45,837 bases of DNA from a virus (Duplodnaviria > Caudoviricetes), in the IMG/VR virus record IMGVR_UViG_3300038318_000164, positions 1 to 45,837 of that record; one strand, written 5' to 3'. Of the stretch, positions 36,874 through 45,587 are shown piece after piece (positions within the stretch are counted from its first letter, which is position 1; each line of letters begins with the position of its first letter). A program made the position numbers and the translations under genes. Under the pieces are notes generated by a model. It did no database searches. It saw nothing but the letters and a program-made list of their open reading frames with translations, and had not been told where the DNA came from.

Positions 36874-37215
36874 TTATTTAATTGTATTTTCTGCCACCGG
36901 TACTTTTGTTTTTTCATTTGCTTCAAGGTATTTTTTCATCTGCTCGACTGCTTCTTCAATCAGCGAATCAATGGTTTTCGGAGTTAATATAAATTTAGCA
37001 ATTGCTGGTAGTTTCTCATAGAGCCAAGTCGTTACCGCTGCATATTTTAATTGCCCAGTACCTCCACCAAACTCAGCTTCAGCTTTTGTTACTAAATAGA
37101 ATAGGATTTGTTTAGCATAGTATCCATAACCCTTTTTCACTAATACTATCAATCCAATTATTAGAATAACGACTACCAAGATGCTATCCCAATAAGTTAC
37201 TAAGAAGTTTAACAT
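36874..37215 (-). CDS. Holin-like membrane protein
   Basis: N-terminal TM helix; AEAEFGGGTGQLK...IEEAVEQMK; next to the endolysin. Confidence 0.7.
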   Translation of the reverse strand: MLNFLVTYWDSILVVVILIIGLIVLVKKGYGYYAKQILFYLVTKAEAEFGGGTGQLKYAAVTTWLYEKLPAIAKFILTPKTIDSLIEEAVEQMKKYLEANEKTKVPVAENTIK

Positions 37216-37229
37216 AATTGTTCTCCTCT

Positions 37230-38222
37230 CTAAATTATTTGGATATCCTTTTTAAACATCCAGCTTACAATTTCTTTCAATAATACTTTATCACCGCTTA
37301 TCTGTTGAACAGTATAAGTATTATTCTTTACCCAAGATGGAACACTTTGACCAGTTGCATAGGTGTTTCCAATTATCTTTACTTTAGAACCTACCTTCAA
37401 TGTAGGAACGGTATTTCCAGTTTGTACAGGAGTTCTGGACTCCTTGGTAATATAAGTGTCAAAGCCTGCAGCTTTTAACTTATTTGCCATTGCATCTGCA
37501 TTAGCCTTTACTCCAAATGCTCCAGCTTGTACTTTATAAAGGTTTCCTACCTTTACCATATAGGTATCAAAGCCAGCTTTCTTAATCTTAACTTCTAAGG
37601 CATCTGCATTAGCTTTGTTACTAAATGCTCCAGTCTGAACTCTATATAATACTTTTTCATTAGGTGATGTTTCAGGAACTATATTTAATAACTTATTAAC
37701 TCTATTTGCAATATCTCCATGTAGATTGTAAAGATAATCTCCAGGGCAAGATTTATTAGCAAACCAACGATGAACAGTCATGTTTTGTTTATCTACTTGG
37801 CCAATTAAAGACTTATCACCTTTCCATTTCAGTTCTTTAATATCATTGCGCTTACAGATATCTGCACAAAGTTTAATAATAGATTCATATGCAGCAGCTG
37901 TTACTTTATATGGATGGGTAGTATCACTTGCTACTTCAATAGTAATTGCTCGGTTATCATTTGCAGCTGAAGAAGTACACCAAGAGCGATCTTTTTCTTC
38001 TACATACATTCCGACCCTTCCATCAGGGCCAATACCATAATTGGAGCTGGCTTGACGAGAAGTGGGAGCAAATACATTAGCAATAGTTTCTACAGAAAGT
38101 TGACCAACTACGCAATGAATTGTAATCGTATCAATTTTATTTTTTCTTGGACTTGTCTTATTAGGAGAAATCCTTGTATAAGATACTAAAGAACTATTAC
38201 TCATCATCTTCACCCTTTCCAT
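37230..38222 (-). CDS. Endolysin: Amidase_2 plus two SPOR-like repeats and a C-terminal SH3-like domain
   Basis: ITIHC, ITIEVA, HRWFANKSCPG; LY(R/K)VQ.GAF..KANADA repeated twice. Confidence 0.92.
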   Translation of the reverse strand: MERVKMMSNSSLVSYTRISPNKTSPRKNKIDTITIHCVVGQLSVETIANVFAPTSRQASSNYGIGPDGRVGMYVEEKDRSWCTSSAANDNRAITIEVASDTTHPYKVTAAAYESIIKLCADICKRNDIKELKWKGDKSLIGQVDKQNMTVHRWFANKSCPGDYLYNLHGDIANRVNKLLNIVPETSPNEKVLYRVQTGAFSNKANADALEVKIKKAGFDTYMVKVGNLYKVQAGAFGVKANADAMANKLKAAGFDTYITKESRTPVQTGNTVPTLKVGSKVKIIGNTYATGQSVPSWVKNNTYTVQQISGDKVLLKEIVSWMFKKDIQII

Positions 38223-38289
38223 TGCTTAATTCGTTTAATGTTTCCTCTGTTATTTCTTCATTCTCTTTTAATTCAATATCTTTAACCAT
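38197..38289 (-). CDS. Small acidic peptide upstream of the endolysin (30 aa, not in ORF track)
   Basis: MVKDIELKENEEITEETLNELSNGKGEDDE with GAGGAGG RBS. Confidence 0.5.
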   Translation of the reverse strand: MVKDIELKENEEITEETLNELSNGKGEDDE

Positions 38290-38551
38290 AATTATCCTCC
38301 TCTTGTTGATTAGGGGTTGTTCCTTTTCGAATCTTTATTTGATTCTCAGCTTTTGCTTTACTATAGTAAAAGCCGGTAGCGGTAGCAAGTTCTGCAAAGA
38401 CCGCTGGAATTAAGTACATAAAAGGGGATAAATCATTTGTTTTCCAAATCATATATCCAGTAAATATTGTTACAAGTATAGCAGCTGCGGAAACTCCAAT
38501 AAAGATTTTCTTTGAAAATTCCATTTTCTTTTTCTTCTTATATCTTGCCAC
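38282..38551 (-). CDS. Two-TM holin-like protein
   Basis: MEFSKKI, two TM helices, FYYSKAKAENQIK. Confidence 0.7.
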   Translation of the reverse strand: MARYKKKKKMEFSKKIFIGVSAAAILVTIFTGYMIWKTNDLSPFMYLIPAVFAELATATGFYYSKAKAENQIKIRKGTTPNQQEEDNYG

Positions 38552-38562
38552 CTTATCACCTC

Positions 38563-38937
38563 CTATTTTACATAGTGCCCTACAGCCTGTTCCTGCAGGA
38601 ATTTAGTCATTTCATCACTGGCATCTCTATAATAGACAAGGGCTTCTTCCATCACCCCATTGACTTTACCTTCTTTAATGGCCACTGAATTAGCATAAGA
38701 TAATTTTCCAATTGCTTTAATCATTCGCATTGTCAATAAATTCTCTTGTTTGCGAGCTTCCGCTCTTGCATTACTTTCAGCTTCTTTCTCTTTCTCCTTT
38801 TCTTCTTGTCGCCTTTTTTCTACTAATTGTAATTCATCTCTCTTTTTGTCATGTTCCATATGCCTGTGCTGAATATACCAAATTATTAGTGCCGAAACAA
38901 TAGGTGAAAGAAAAGCTATAATTTCCAGTTCTACCAT
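38563..38937 (-). CDS. Membrane-anchored coiled-coil protein of the lysis module
   Basis: N-terminal TM helix; GKVNG.MEEA. Confidence 0.65.
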   Translation of the reverse strand: MVELEIIAFLSPIVSALIIWYIQHRHMEHDKKRDELQLVEKRRQEEKEKEKEAESNARAEARKQENLLTMRMIKAIGKLSYANSVAIKEGKVNGVMEEALVYYRDASDEMTKFLQEQAVGHYVK

Positions 38938-39028
38938 ACTTTGTCCTCCCTTATTCAGTTATCTTATCTCATAATAGACAACTCCTTTGCCGACCCACCC
39001 ACCCTACTATTTTAGATACTTGGTTTTG

Positions 39029-39154
39029 TTACTCTGTCAATTCTGCAAGGTCAAGAGCTATAAGTTCTTCTTTTACAGCTTCTTTTAAGATTGCAGGTAC
39101 TTGTGCATAAGTCTTTCTACCAGCAATTATAAGAGCTACATATACTATAACCAT
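39029..39154 (-). CDS. CD1375-like small protein (start reassigned to MVIVY)
   Basis: VYVALIIAGRKTYAQVPAILKEAVKEEL; GAGGAGG RBS. Confidence 0.75.
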   Translation of the reverse strand: MVIVYVALIIAGRKTYAQVPAILKEAVKEELIALDLAELTE

Positions 39155-39194
39155 ATCTATTCCTCCTCTCATTATTGTAAAGATTAACCATAAT

Positions 39195-39362
39195 TTAGCC
39201 AACATAAGGTTCACCAACGAATTCCTGATATTGTTCAGCAGTTAATTCGCCACGTACTACATATTCTTTTAGGGCCAATTTTACCTCGTCTTTAATCTGT
39301 GTAGGAACTTCTTCAAAGGTTTTCCTACCTGCTACAATTAACGATGCATATATCTTTGCCAT
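39195..39362 (-). CDS. CD1375-like/XkdX-like small protein (55 aa, not in ORF track)
   Basis: MAKIYASLIVAGRKTFEEVPTQIKDEVKLALKEYVVRGELTAEQYQEFVGEPYVG; AAGGAGG RBS. Confidence 0.75.
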   Translation of the reverse strand: MAKIYASLIVAGRKTFEEVPTQIKDEVKLALKEYVVRGELTAEQYQEFVGEPYVG

Positions 39363-39375
39363 TAGCTTTTCCTCC

Positions 39376-39645
39376 TTACACTATTATCATTTCAAATATC
39401 TCTGTCATTGCCATTTTATTGTTTAAGTCTGCCTCCACTAATTTATCAAGCTGTTCATTTAATAAGGCTATATATTCATCTTTATCATATTGAATCTCAT
39501 GATAACTGAATAGGTCTTGAACTGGATTACCTTTAATATCCTCAAGTATAGGGGTTATGTCATTTCTTACATACACTGTATCCTTTCCTACGGTTAATTG
39601 AACCGCCTGAGTTGAACTCCCTTGTCTTATTCCCATATCTTTCAT
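39376..39645 (-). CDS. Tail-fibre-associated hypothetical protein
   Basis: TVYVRNDI...YHEIQYDKDEYIALL plus coiled coil; GGGAGG RBS. Confidence 0.65.
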   Translation of the reverse strand: MKDMGIRQGSSTQAVQLTVGKDTVYVRNDITPILEDIKGNPVQDLFSYHEIQYDKDEYIALLNEQLDKLVEADLNNKMAMTEIFEMIIV

Positions 39646-40765
39646 AAGGCATTACCTCCCTTTCTTTAATTTGCTTTTGATAATATTCATCTAAATAAGT
39701 TTGAATAGGGTCAATGTATTTTTTACTTAATCTATAACTACTGCACCATATTAACCACCCCTTATAAGAATTAGCTGAACACCATTCTGAATAATTTAAT
39801 TTATGACCTTGGCTACATTTCTTTCTAATTTTTAGCATTTGTTTCTTAAATCTTTTACAAGTAGATTTTCTTAATAATTTGTAACCATAGAAATGTCTAT
39901 AACCTACAAAGTCTATACCTCTAATTGCGGTTGGGAACACCTGCCAATTATCTTTGATTTTTAACTTGAGTTCATTATCCAAGTATATATCCATTTCCCG
40001 TTTTAATTGGTGTAAATATTCTTTCGAATGATGTAGAATAACTATATCATCCATATATCTAACAACATACTTAACTCTCTTTACCTCTTTTAGCCAATGG
40101 TCGAAATATGCTAAATAGAAGTTTGCAAGAAACTGAGATAAATATGAACCTATTGGGACACCTTTATTTTCTGGAGTACTTTCTATTATTTTATCTAAAA
40201 TACTAAGTAATCTTTTATCCTTGAATTTCTTTCGTATCAATCTTTTTAAGATACTATGGTTAATGTTTGGATAGAACTTACCAATATCAACCTTTAAGCA
40301 ATATTTAGTACCTTCTTTATCTTTCATATATTTATCTAACAAAGATGAAGCTTTATGAATACCTCTACCCTTTATTGAAGCGCAGGTGAATGTTGTAAAC
40401 ACCTGCATGAATATATGCTCAACCTGTAACATGATAGCCCATTGAATAATTCTGTCTGGATAGTAAGGTAATTTACATAATTCTCTTTCTTTACCTTTGT
40501 CATTTATCACTGAAATTTCATATGTGCTAACTTCATAAGTTTCTTTTTTAAGCATCTTCTGAATCTCACTTAAATAATAATCTTCGTTAGCATCCACCAT
40601 TTTAACTTCTTTATAGTAGGTCTTATCTTTTCTCGCATTTTTATGTGCGAGTTTTAAGTTTTCTATATCATATATTTTCTCATATATGTTTCCGTATCTT
40701 TTAATGTTCCTGACCTCCATTGATGTTTTTTGATGTTGAACCTTCCTTATTGAGTACCAGTACAA
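39560..40765 (-). CDS. DGR reverse transcriptase (true start probably 40705 or 40720)
   Basis: KRYGNIY, GKEREL, YPDRIIQWA, GRGIH, LKVDIGKFYPNI, GVPIGSYLSQ, RYMDD, GIDFVGY. Confidence 0.95.
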   Translation of the reverse strand: MYWYSIRKVQHQKTSMEVRNIKRYGNIYEKIYDIENLKLAHKNARKDKTYYKEVKMVDANEDYYLSEIQKMLKKETYEVSTYEISVINDKGKERELCKLPYYPDRIIQWAIMLQVEHIFMQVFTTFTCASIKGRGIHKASSLLDKYMKDKEGTKYCLKVDIGKFYPNINHSILKRLIRKKFKDKRLLSILDKIIESTPENKGVPIGSYLSQFLANFYLAYFDHWLKEVKRVKYVVRYMDDIVILHHSKEYLHQLKREMDIYLDNELKLKIKDNWQVFPTAIRGIDFVGYRHFYGYKLLRKSTCKRFKKQMLKIRKKCSQGHKLNYSEWCSANSYKGWLIWCSSYRLSKKYIDPIQTYLDEYYQKQIKEREVMPYERYGNKTREFNSGGSINRRKGYSVCKK

Positions 40766-40824
40766 CTTTTTTACTTTTTATGTTTTGGCAAGAGCCAGGG
40801 TAATGGTTGCACGTGGGTCAATAT

Positions 40825-40968
40825 TAAAAACATTAAGTGCGTGCCGATATTAGCATTCGAATTCGAAGTGGTATTATTCACTTGCAAATAGAAAGTTCCC
40901 GTATTCGAAGTATTACTCCAATTACTGCCAAAATTCGTAACACAGGAAGAATTCAAATTCGTATAATC
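40825..40968 (-). repeat. DGR template repeat (TR)
   Basis: 144 bp, ungapped alignment to 40998-41141; rich in AAT codons; 23 mismatches, all at TR adenines. Confidence 0.95.
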
Positions 40969-40994
40969 TAACTCCCATTACCCAAATTATTAAC

Positions 40995-43007
40995 TTATAA
41001 AAACATCAAGCGCGCGCCGAGATCAGCATTCGAATACGAAGCGGCATAATACACCTGCAAAAAGAAAGCTCCCGCATTCGAAGTATGACTCCAATCACCG
41101 CCAAAATCCGCAACACAGGAAGAATTCAAAGCCGCAGAATCGCAGAAGTAAGTACTATCCGAACCAGTTACTTCTTTTGCAATAAACCCAGTCTTAGTTG
41201 TTCCTTGAGGTTTACTCATATAGTTTCCAATATTAGCGCTTACTCCTTGACCATTATCCATATACCCTGCACCGGTATCATTAAAATTATCTGTAGCTGT
41301 CAGCATATTCCAAGTAGAGGTGGATACTAATCCATCAATCCATTCACGAACATTTCCCCAGAAGTCCTCAAGCCCAAATAACTTCATTTGTTGTTTACCA
41401 GTTGTTTCTCCCCAATCCATACCTCTTTGATTAGTACTACCAGTATTGGTCGCTGCACTATTCCCATCAACAAAACCTCTACCAATTACAGTTTGAGAAT
41501 CCAAGTTTCTATATTTTAATATATACATAGCTTGTCTAAACGTTAGTTGATAGAATCCACTCTGGTCATACCCTGCTCCATTAGCCCGTGCCTGAGTTCT
41601 GAATATTGCAATAGTTTGTGAAGCTGTTGGTGCTTTTCCTGACCAAGAACGTAATTTTGAAGCATCTGTAAATCCTTTATAAGCCCCAAGATAAAACTTT
41701 TCTTTTCGAGTAGTTCCTCGGGTATGCGCTAAATATTCAAATTCTGGGTTATCAGGGTCATCTGTCATTTTTACAGTTAATGTATTTCCAACTGTTGTTA
41801 TCTTTACTCCTCTTCTTGGAAAAGCTACCATAACATCCCCAACAGCTGTAGAAGCTAAATTAACAGTGTTCCCATCAATATCCTTTGTATAATCATTAGG
41901 GTTAAGCTTTACCCCTTCAACCCCATCTTTTAGAATTACTGGATAATGACCAAAGAATTCATCCCATACCGCAGAACCAGCTGTCATACCAACCGCATCA
42001 TCTGCATACGTGATACAAGTTGCTGGATTACTGTTAGATAGGTCAATTATAGCAGTCATTACTTTATAAGGTTGGGGTGTTCCTGAAAGCCTATTTGCTA
42101 CATTCTCATTAACTGCGTTTTTATCACTATAAGTGAATAACTGGAAATAATAAGTTTGACCATTAGTTAATCCACTTATTTCAAAACCATTAGTTGCATA
42201 AGCATCTTTTACTTTATTATCGAGAATAAGTGTTCCATCCTTTACATTTTCAGGATAGGAACCAGCCTTTTGAATAAGCTTAGTACCCGCCCAAGTTGCA
42301 AGTAATTGTCCTTCTACAATTGTATCACCAGGGTCTTCCCAACTAATTGTTAATTTACTATTACCTACTTTAATCTTTGGGTTGATTACATTATTAGGGG
42401 CAATGCCTCCTCCTCCGGTTTCGGTATCAATCCAATTCCCACTCCCATCATCAAATTGTAGAATATCATTGAAGTATCTAAAACCATGAACTCCTTCTTC
42501 ACTTGCAATCATTGCTTGGCTATGGATAGTTATAATATTAGATATTTGGTTCACTTGCTCAATGGTAGGAACAGCTGCAGGATTTACTTCAAGTGTAACT
42601 TGAGATGAGTTATCCACCTTTGTATTCAATCTGAAAGTTACCCCTGAAACGGTTGAACCACTAAATGGGGGCATATAATCTGGAGTAGTTGTTATGCTAA
42701 TAGCATATAAAATTTCAACCCCATCTGAATCCTCCGCAAATAGTCCTACTCCTCTAATATAATATCCTTCTGTTAATTCTATGTTGTTAATTGCCCCTAA
42801 TACCTCAACCATAGTTGTATCAGTTCTTGAAACTTTAGAAACTAAGGTTTCTTGCTTGATTTGGTACATCGTTAATAACTCTTCAAGATTAGTATTGGTA
42901 TAGTCATAATCTGATGTGCAAATCTTTGTAAAGGTTGCGGTAGATGTTCCGGCAATTAACTTTGCCATTAACTCTTGACCTTTGTTTGTTATAACTAAGT
43001 TTTGCAT
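40995..43007 (-). CDS. Tail fibre / receptor-binding protein with Fn3-like region and C-terminal C-type-lectin fold; DGR target
   Basis: Tail-fibre N-terminus VITNKGQELMAK...GLFAED...ILYAI; Fn3-like GLTNGQTYYF; GLEDFWGNVREW...GARL. Confidence 0.88.
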   Translation of the reverse strand: MQNLVITNKGQELMAKLIAGTSTATFTKICTSDYDYTNTNLEELLTMYQIKQETLVSKVSRTDTTMVEVLGAINNIELTEGYYIRGVGLFAEDSDGVEILYAISITTTPDYMPPFSGSTVSGVTFRLNTKVDNSSQVTLEVNPAAVPTIEQVNQISNIITIHSQAMIASEEGVHGFRYFNDILQFDDGSGNWIDTETGGGGIAPNNVINPKIKVGNSKLTISWEDPGDTIVEGQLLATWAGTKLIQKAGSYPENVKDGTLILDNKVKDAYATNGFEISGLTNGQTYYFQLFTYSDKNAVNENVANRLSGTPQPYKVMTAIIDLSNSNPATCITYADDAVGMTAGSAVWDEFFGHYPVILKDGVEGVKLNPNDYTKDIDGNTVNLASTAVGDVMVAFPRRGVKITTVGNTLTVKMTDDPDNPEFEYLAHTRGTTRKEKFYLGAYKGFTDASKLRSWSGKAPTASQTIAIFRTQARANGAGYDQSGFYQLTFRQAMYILKYRNLDSQTVIGRGFVDGNSAATNTGSTNQRGMDWGETTGKQQMKLFGLEDFWGNVREWIDGLVSTSTWNMLTATDNFNDTGAGYMDNGQGVSANIGNYMSKPQGTTKTGFIAKEVTGSDSTYFCDSAALNSSCVADFGGDWSHTSNAGAFFLQVYYAASYSNADLGARLMFL
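40998..41141 (-). repeat. DGR variable repeat (VR)
   Basis: Last 48 codons of the 670-aa gene; A>G x15, A>C x4, A>T x4 relative to TR (manual count). Confidence 0.95.
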
Positions 43008-43020
43008 TATTTATCCTCCT

Positions 43021-43638
43021 TTAATTTATTATATACTCAAGCGTTTTACTTAGGTTTGAACCAGTATAGAAAGACCCTTGAGCTAAATACTCTTGCAACA
43101 ACTCTGATGTAATAGTAAAATTACGTATTCCTGCTTTATACGAAGCTGTATACACTGTCCCAGTAGCTTCATAAGTTAAATTATTAGTGGTGATGATTTG
43201 CATATTTACCGGAACAATTGAAATTAAGGTTTTCAAAACTTCATCTAATTTTCCATAAACCCCAATCCTCATATCCAACTTTAATTCATAATTATCATAA
43301 ATCACCTCAATATCATAATTGTTTGACCCTAATAGATTGTTCAACCTACCTTTCAATTCTCTTAATGTGAATGGAGGGAGGGAAGACAGTCTATTTATTA
43401 ACCTCTCTCTCCTAAATTGTATACTATCTGACTGCGGATTTGCTATTATATTTAACATTCTTTCATATACTTCCAAGCCTCTTACATTAGAAGTTAATAT
43501 AAACTGATTCTCTTCAGCTTCGGTAGTTAAATTATCCAGTTCATCAAACATTACATTTTCGGTATTAACCAGCTGGTCTGTTTCAAGAACATCTTTATAA
43601 ATTATAGGATAATATTTAGCTAAATTTGTTTTATTCAT
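43021..43638 (-). CDS. Baseplate wedge protein (DUF2313/YmfQ-like)
   Basis: NQFILTS...YERML...RRERL...PFT...IVPVNM; downstream of baseplate J. Confidence 0.8.
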   Translation of the reverse strand: MNKTNLAKYYPIIYKDVLETDQLVNTENVMFDELDNLTTEAEENQFILTSNVRGLEVYERMLNIIANPQSDSIQFRRERLINRLSSLPPFTLRELKGRLNNLLGSNNYDIEVIYDNYELKLDMRIGVYGKLDEVLKTLISIVPVNMQIITTNNLTYEATGTVYTASYKAGIRNFTITSELLQEYLAQGSFYTGSNLSKTLEYIIN

Positions 43639-44776
43639 TTAATATCACCTGTCCTAATATTGGCAACTCTTGTAAAGCCGCTGTTTGAATTAGAGTTAAG
43701 TCTTGAGGAAGTCCATTTATAGTTGTATCCGTAACATTCGCAATTCCTGCAACATTTAGTATTGCTGCATTTATTCTGGATATGTAAACTCCAAGAATAT
43801 GTTCATTAAAGTCATTCGGGATTCCCCATTGTCTTCTAAGGCTTAACATATATTCTTCAAGAGCATCCTTGATTGGCTGTTCAACTTGAACTTTTGTATA
43901 CCCTGTCATTAAAGATATATTAGCTGCAATGTTTATGCTTAATGGTTCAGGGGTTGTAATAGTTACTATATGACCAATCGGAGCTAAACCTAATCCAGTT
44001 CCTTGAGGGGTTGGGTCTATAATATTTTGAATAACTGTTATAAAATCTGAAGTAATAGGATTAAAGGAAGCATCTATAACACTACACTTAACAGTTCCTC
44101 CACCGTCCCAAACTGGATAAATCTGAACCTCTCCAACTCCTTCGATATTCTTTAAGTTCTCATCATATTGCGCAAGGTTTCCTCCAAATGGTTTATCATT
44201 TAGGGATAAGAAATATCTTGCTCTTAAATCATCATCTGTTTCAACATCTCGAGCTGGGATAATCAAATCTGTCATTATAGCTTGGCTTAATCCTTGAATA
44301 TAATTAATAGGTATTAAATTACCTACATAGGTATTTCCAATTGTTCCTATGATTTCACAGGTCAATTGATAACTCCCTGGTACAACTTGTTCATCTACTT
44401 CATAAGGAGCTGTAACTACATAATTTAGACTTTCATTATCTGAGATGGTAGAAAATCTACTACCTATTTCAATATTCAATGGATTACCATTCTCGTTAGT
44501 GAATATTCCTTTTTTTACAGCTGCGGTAGCTTCAAATCTTTTAATACCTTGTTCAGCAACTCTTAAATCTAAATATTTCTCACTTGCAGTTTCAGCAAAA
44601 GTATCCTGTAACACTCTTCTTAATCGCATGTAATACTCAGATAACTCATAACAAGCTGGAGCCAAAGCATCATAGATAATACTACCTTCTCTTTTATCAA
44701 TTGTATCAGGAACTCTTGCTAATGCTTTTTCCATTAGATATTCAAAGGTATATTGTTCTAAATAATCTCCAATCAT
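43631..44776 (-). CDS. Baseplate J/gp47-like protein
   Basis: DKREGSIIYDALAP, ETDDDLRAR, FGGN, PVWDGGGTV, APIGH. Confidence 0.93.
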   Translation of the reverse strand: MIGDYLEQYTFEYLMEKALARVPDTIDKREGSIIYDALAPACYELSEYYMRLRRVLQDTFAETASEKYLDLRVAEQGIKRFEATAAVKKGIFTNENGNPLNIEIGSRFSTISDNESLNYVVTAPYEVDEQVVPGSYQLTCEIIGTIGNTYVGNLIPINYIQGLSQAIMTDLIIPARDVETDDDLRARYFLSLNDKPFGGNLAQYDENLKNIEGVGEVQIYPVWDGGGTVKCSVIDASFNPITSDFITVIQNIIDPTPQGTGLGLAPIGHIVTITTPEPLSINIAANISLMTGYTKVQVEQPIKDALEEYMLSLRRQWGIPNDFNEHILGVYISRINAAILNVAGIANVTDTTINGLPQDLTLIQTAALQELPILGQVILNE

Positions 44777-45177
44777 ACTATTTTCACCTCCGTGCTAATA
44801 TTTGCTGAGCCAACTACTGAATTTACCGTAAAGCTTGCAATCATTCTATCTATTCCAACTTGCTCTGTAACAAAATCTGTTATACTTAGGATTCTATCAT
44901 CTGCAAGAAGTGCTTCGGTTATGGTTCTTTCTAAATCAGATATGATAAAATCATATTCTTGTCCAATTAGTCTATCTAATTCAACTCCATATTGGGAACT
45001 ATATATTACATAAGCATATCGTTCTGTATAAAGAATTTTCATAACCATTTGCATTATAGCTTCTTCATTATCTATCTTGCTACCAATACGTTTTCTTTCA
45101 AAATCTAATCGGTAAGTTAATGAGGGTTGAGTTATTACCTCTAAATTAGTTAAATCTACTTCTTGTTCAGGTATCAA
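44773..45177 (-). CDS. DUF2634/XkdS-like sheath-initiator baseplate protein
   Basis: ILYTERY..IYS..YGVEL, ITEALLADDRI. Confidence 0.85.
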   Translation of the reverse strand: MIPEQEVDLTNLEVITQPSLTYRLDFERKRIGSKIDNEEAIMQMVMKILYTERYAYVIYSSQYGVELDRLIGQEYDFIISDLERTITEALLADDRILSITDFVTEQVGIDRMIASFTVNSVVGSANISTEVKIV

Positions 45178-45587
45178 GTAATTCCCTCCTCTCTTTCAAG
45201 AACATAAAACATCTGTCCTTGGTTTACGCGTAATACTCTTACTTTATCTCCTACAATTAATCCTCGCCATAGTAGAATATCGGGTAATGCTGAAAGGGTA
45301 TTCATTTGCGGGATTGTATGGGTATGAGGCCCTTCTCCTGCAGGTGAAGTAGTATGTTGAGGTATTACATGTAAGTGTTTGTTTTCTTCTCTTTCAGGTA
45401 TCTTAATTACTGTTTGTTTTACCAATGCTGATAAAATTAAGAATTTTTCGTCTACTTCAAATCTATTATCAATTTTTATTTTTAAGGGAGAAACTGAAGT
45501 TACTACCCCAAATAGTAAGTCTGTTGTTTCCCCCGACGGAGCTTTGCCAGCATCCTGCATAATCTTTATTAATTTATTTCCTGCCAT
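45174..45587 (-). CDS. DUF2577/XkdR-like baseplate spike protein
   Basis: GVVTSVSPLKI, H-x-H tip motifs, GLIVGDKV...GQMFYVL. Confidence 0.85.
   Translation of the reverse strand: MAGNKLIKIMQDAGKAPSGETTDLLFGVVTSVSPLKIKIDNRFEVDEKFLILSALVKQTVIKIPEREENKHLHVIPQHTTSPAGEGPHTHTIPQMNTLSALPDILLWRGLIVGDKVRVLRVNQGQMFYVLEREEGIT

Larger units (their letters stand above)
39560..43007 (-). mobile_element. Diversity-generating retroelement (target gene - TR - RT)
   Basis: VR/TR pair with adenine-only mismatches adjacent to a DGR-type RT. Confidence 0.95.

Noticed and set aside
37430-37650. Imperfect direct repeat near a DGR as a second VR/TR pair
   Set aside because: It is the two SPOR-like repeats of the endolysin; mismatches are not adenine-specific.
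39376-39645. 89-aa ORF as Avd
   Set aside because: It is acidic with a beta-rich N-terminus, unlike the basic four-helix Avd, and resembles tail-fibre-associated phage proteins. Not formally excluded without an HMM search.
39560-40765. RT as a group II intron, retron or Abi enzyme
   Set aside because: No maturase or endonuclease domain and no intron ends; the GVPIGSYLSQ motif and adjacent TR/VR identify a DGR RT.
40771-40956. 61-aa ORF resembling the tail-fibre C-terminus
   Set aside because: It is the TR read in the VR frame (Asn/Thr-rich, TTG start); it is the non-coding template, not a gene.
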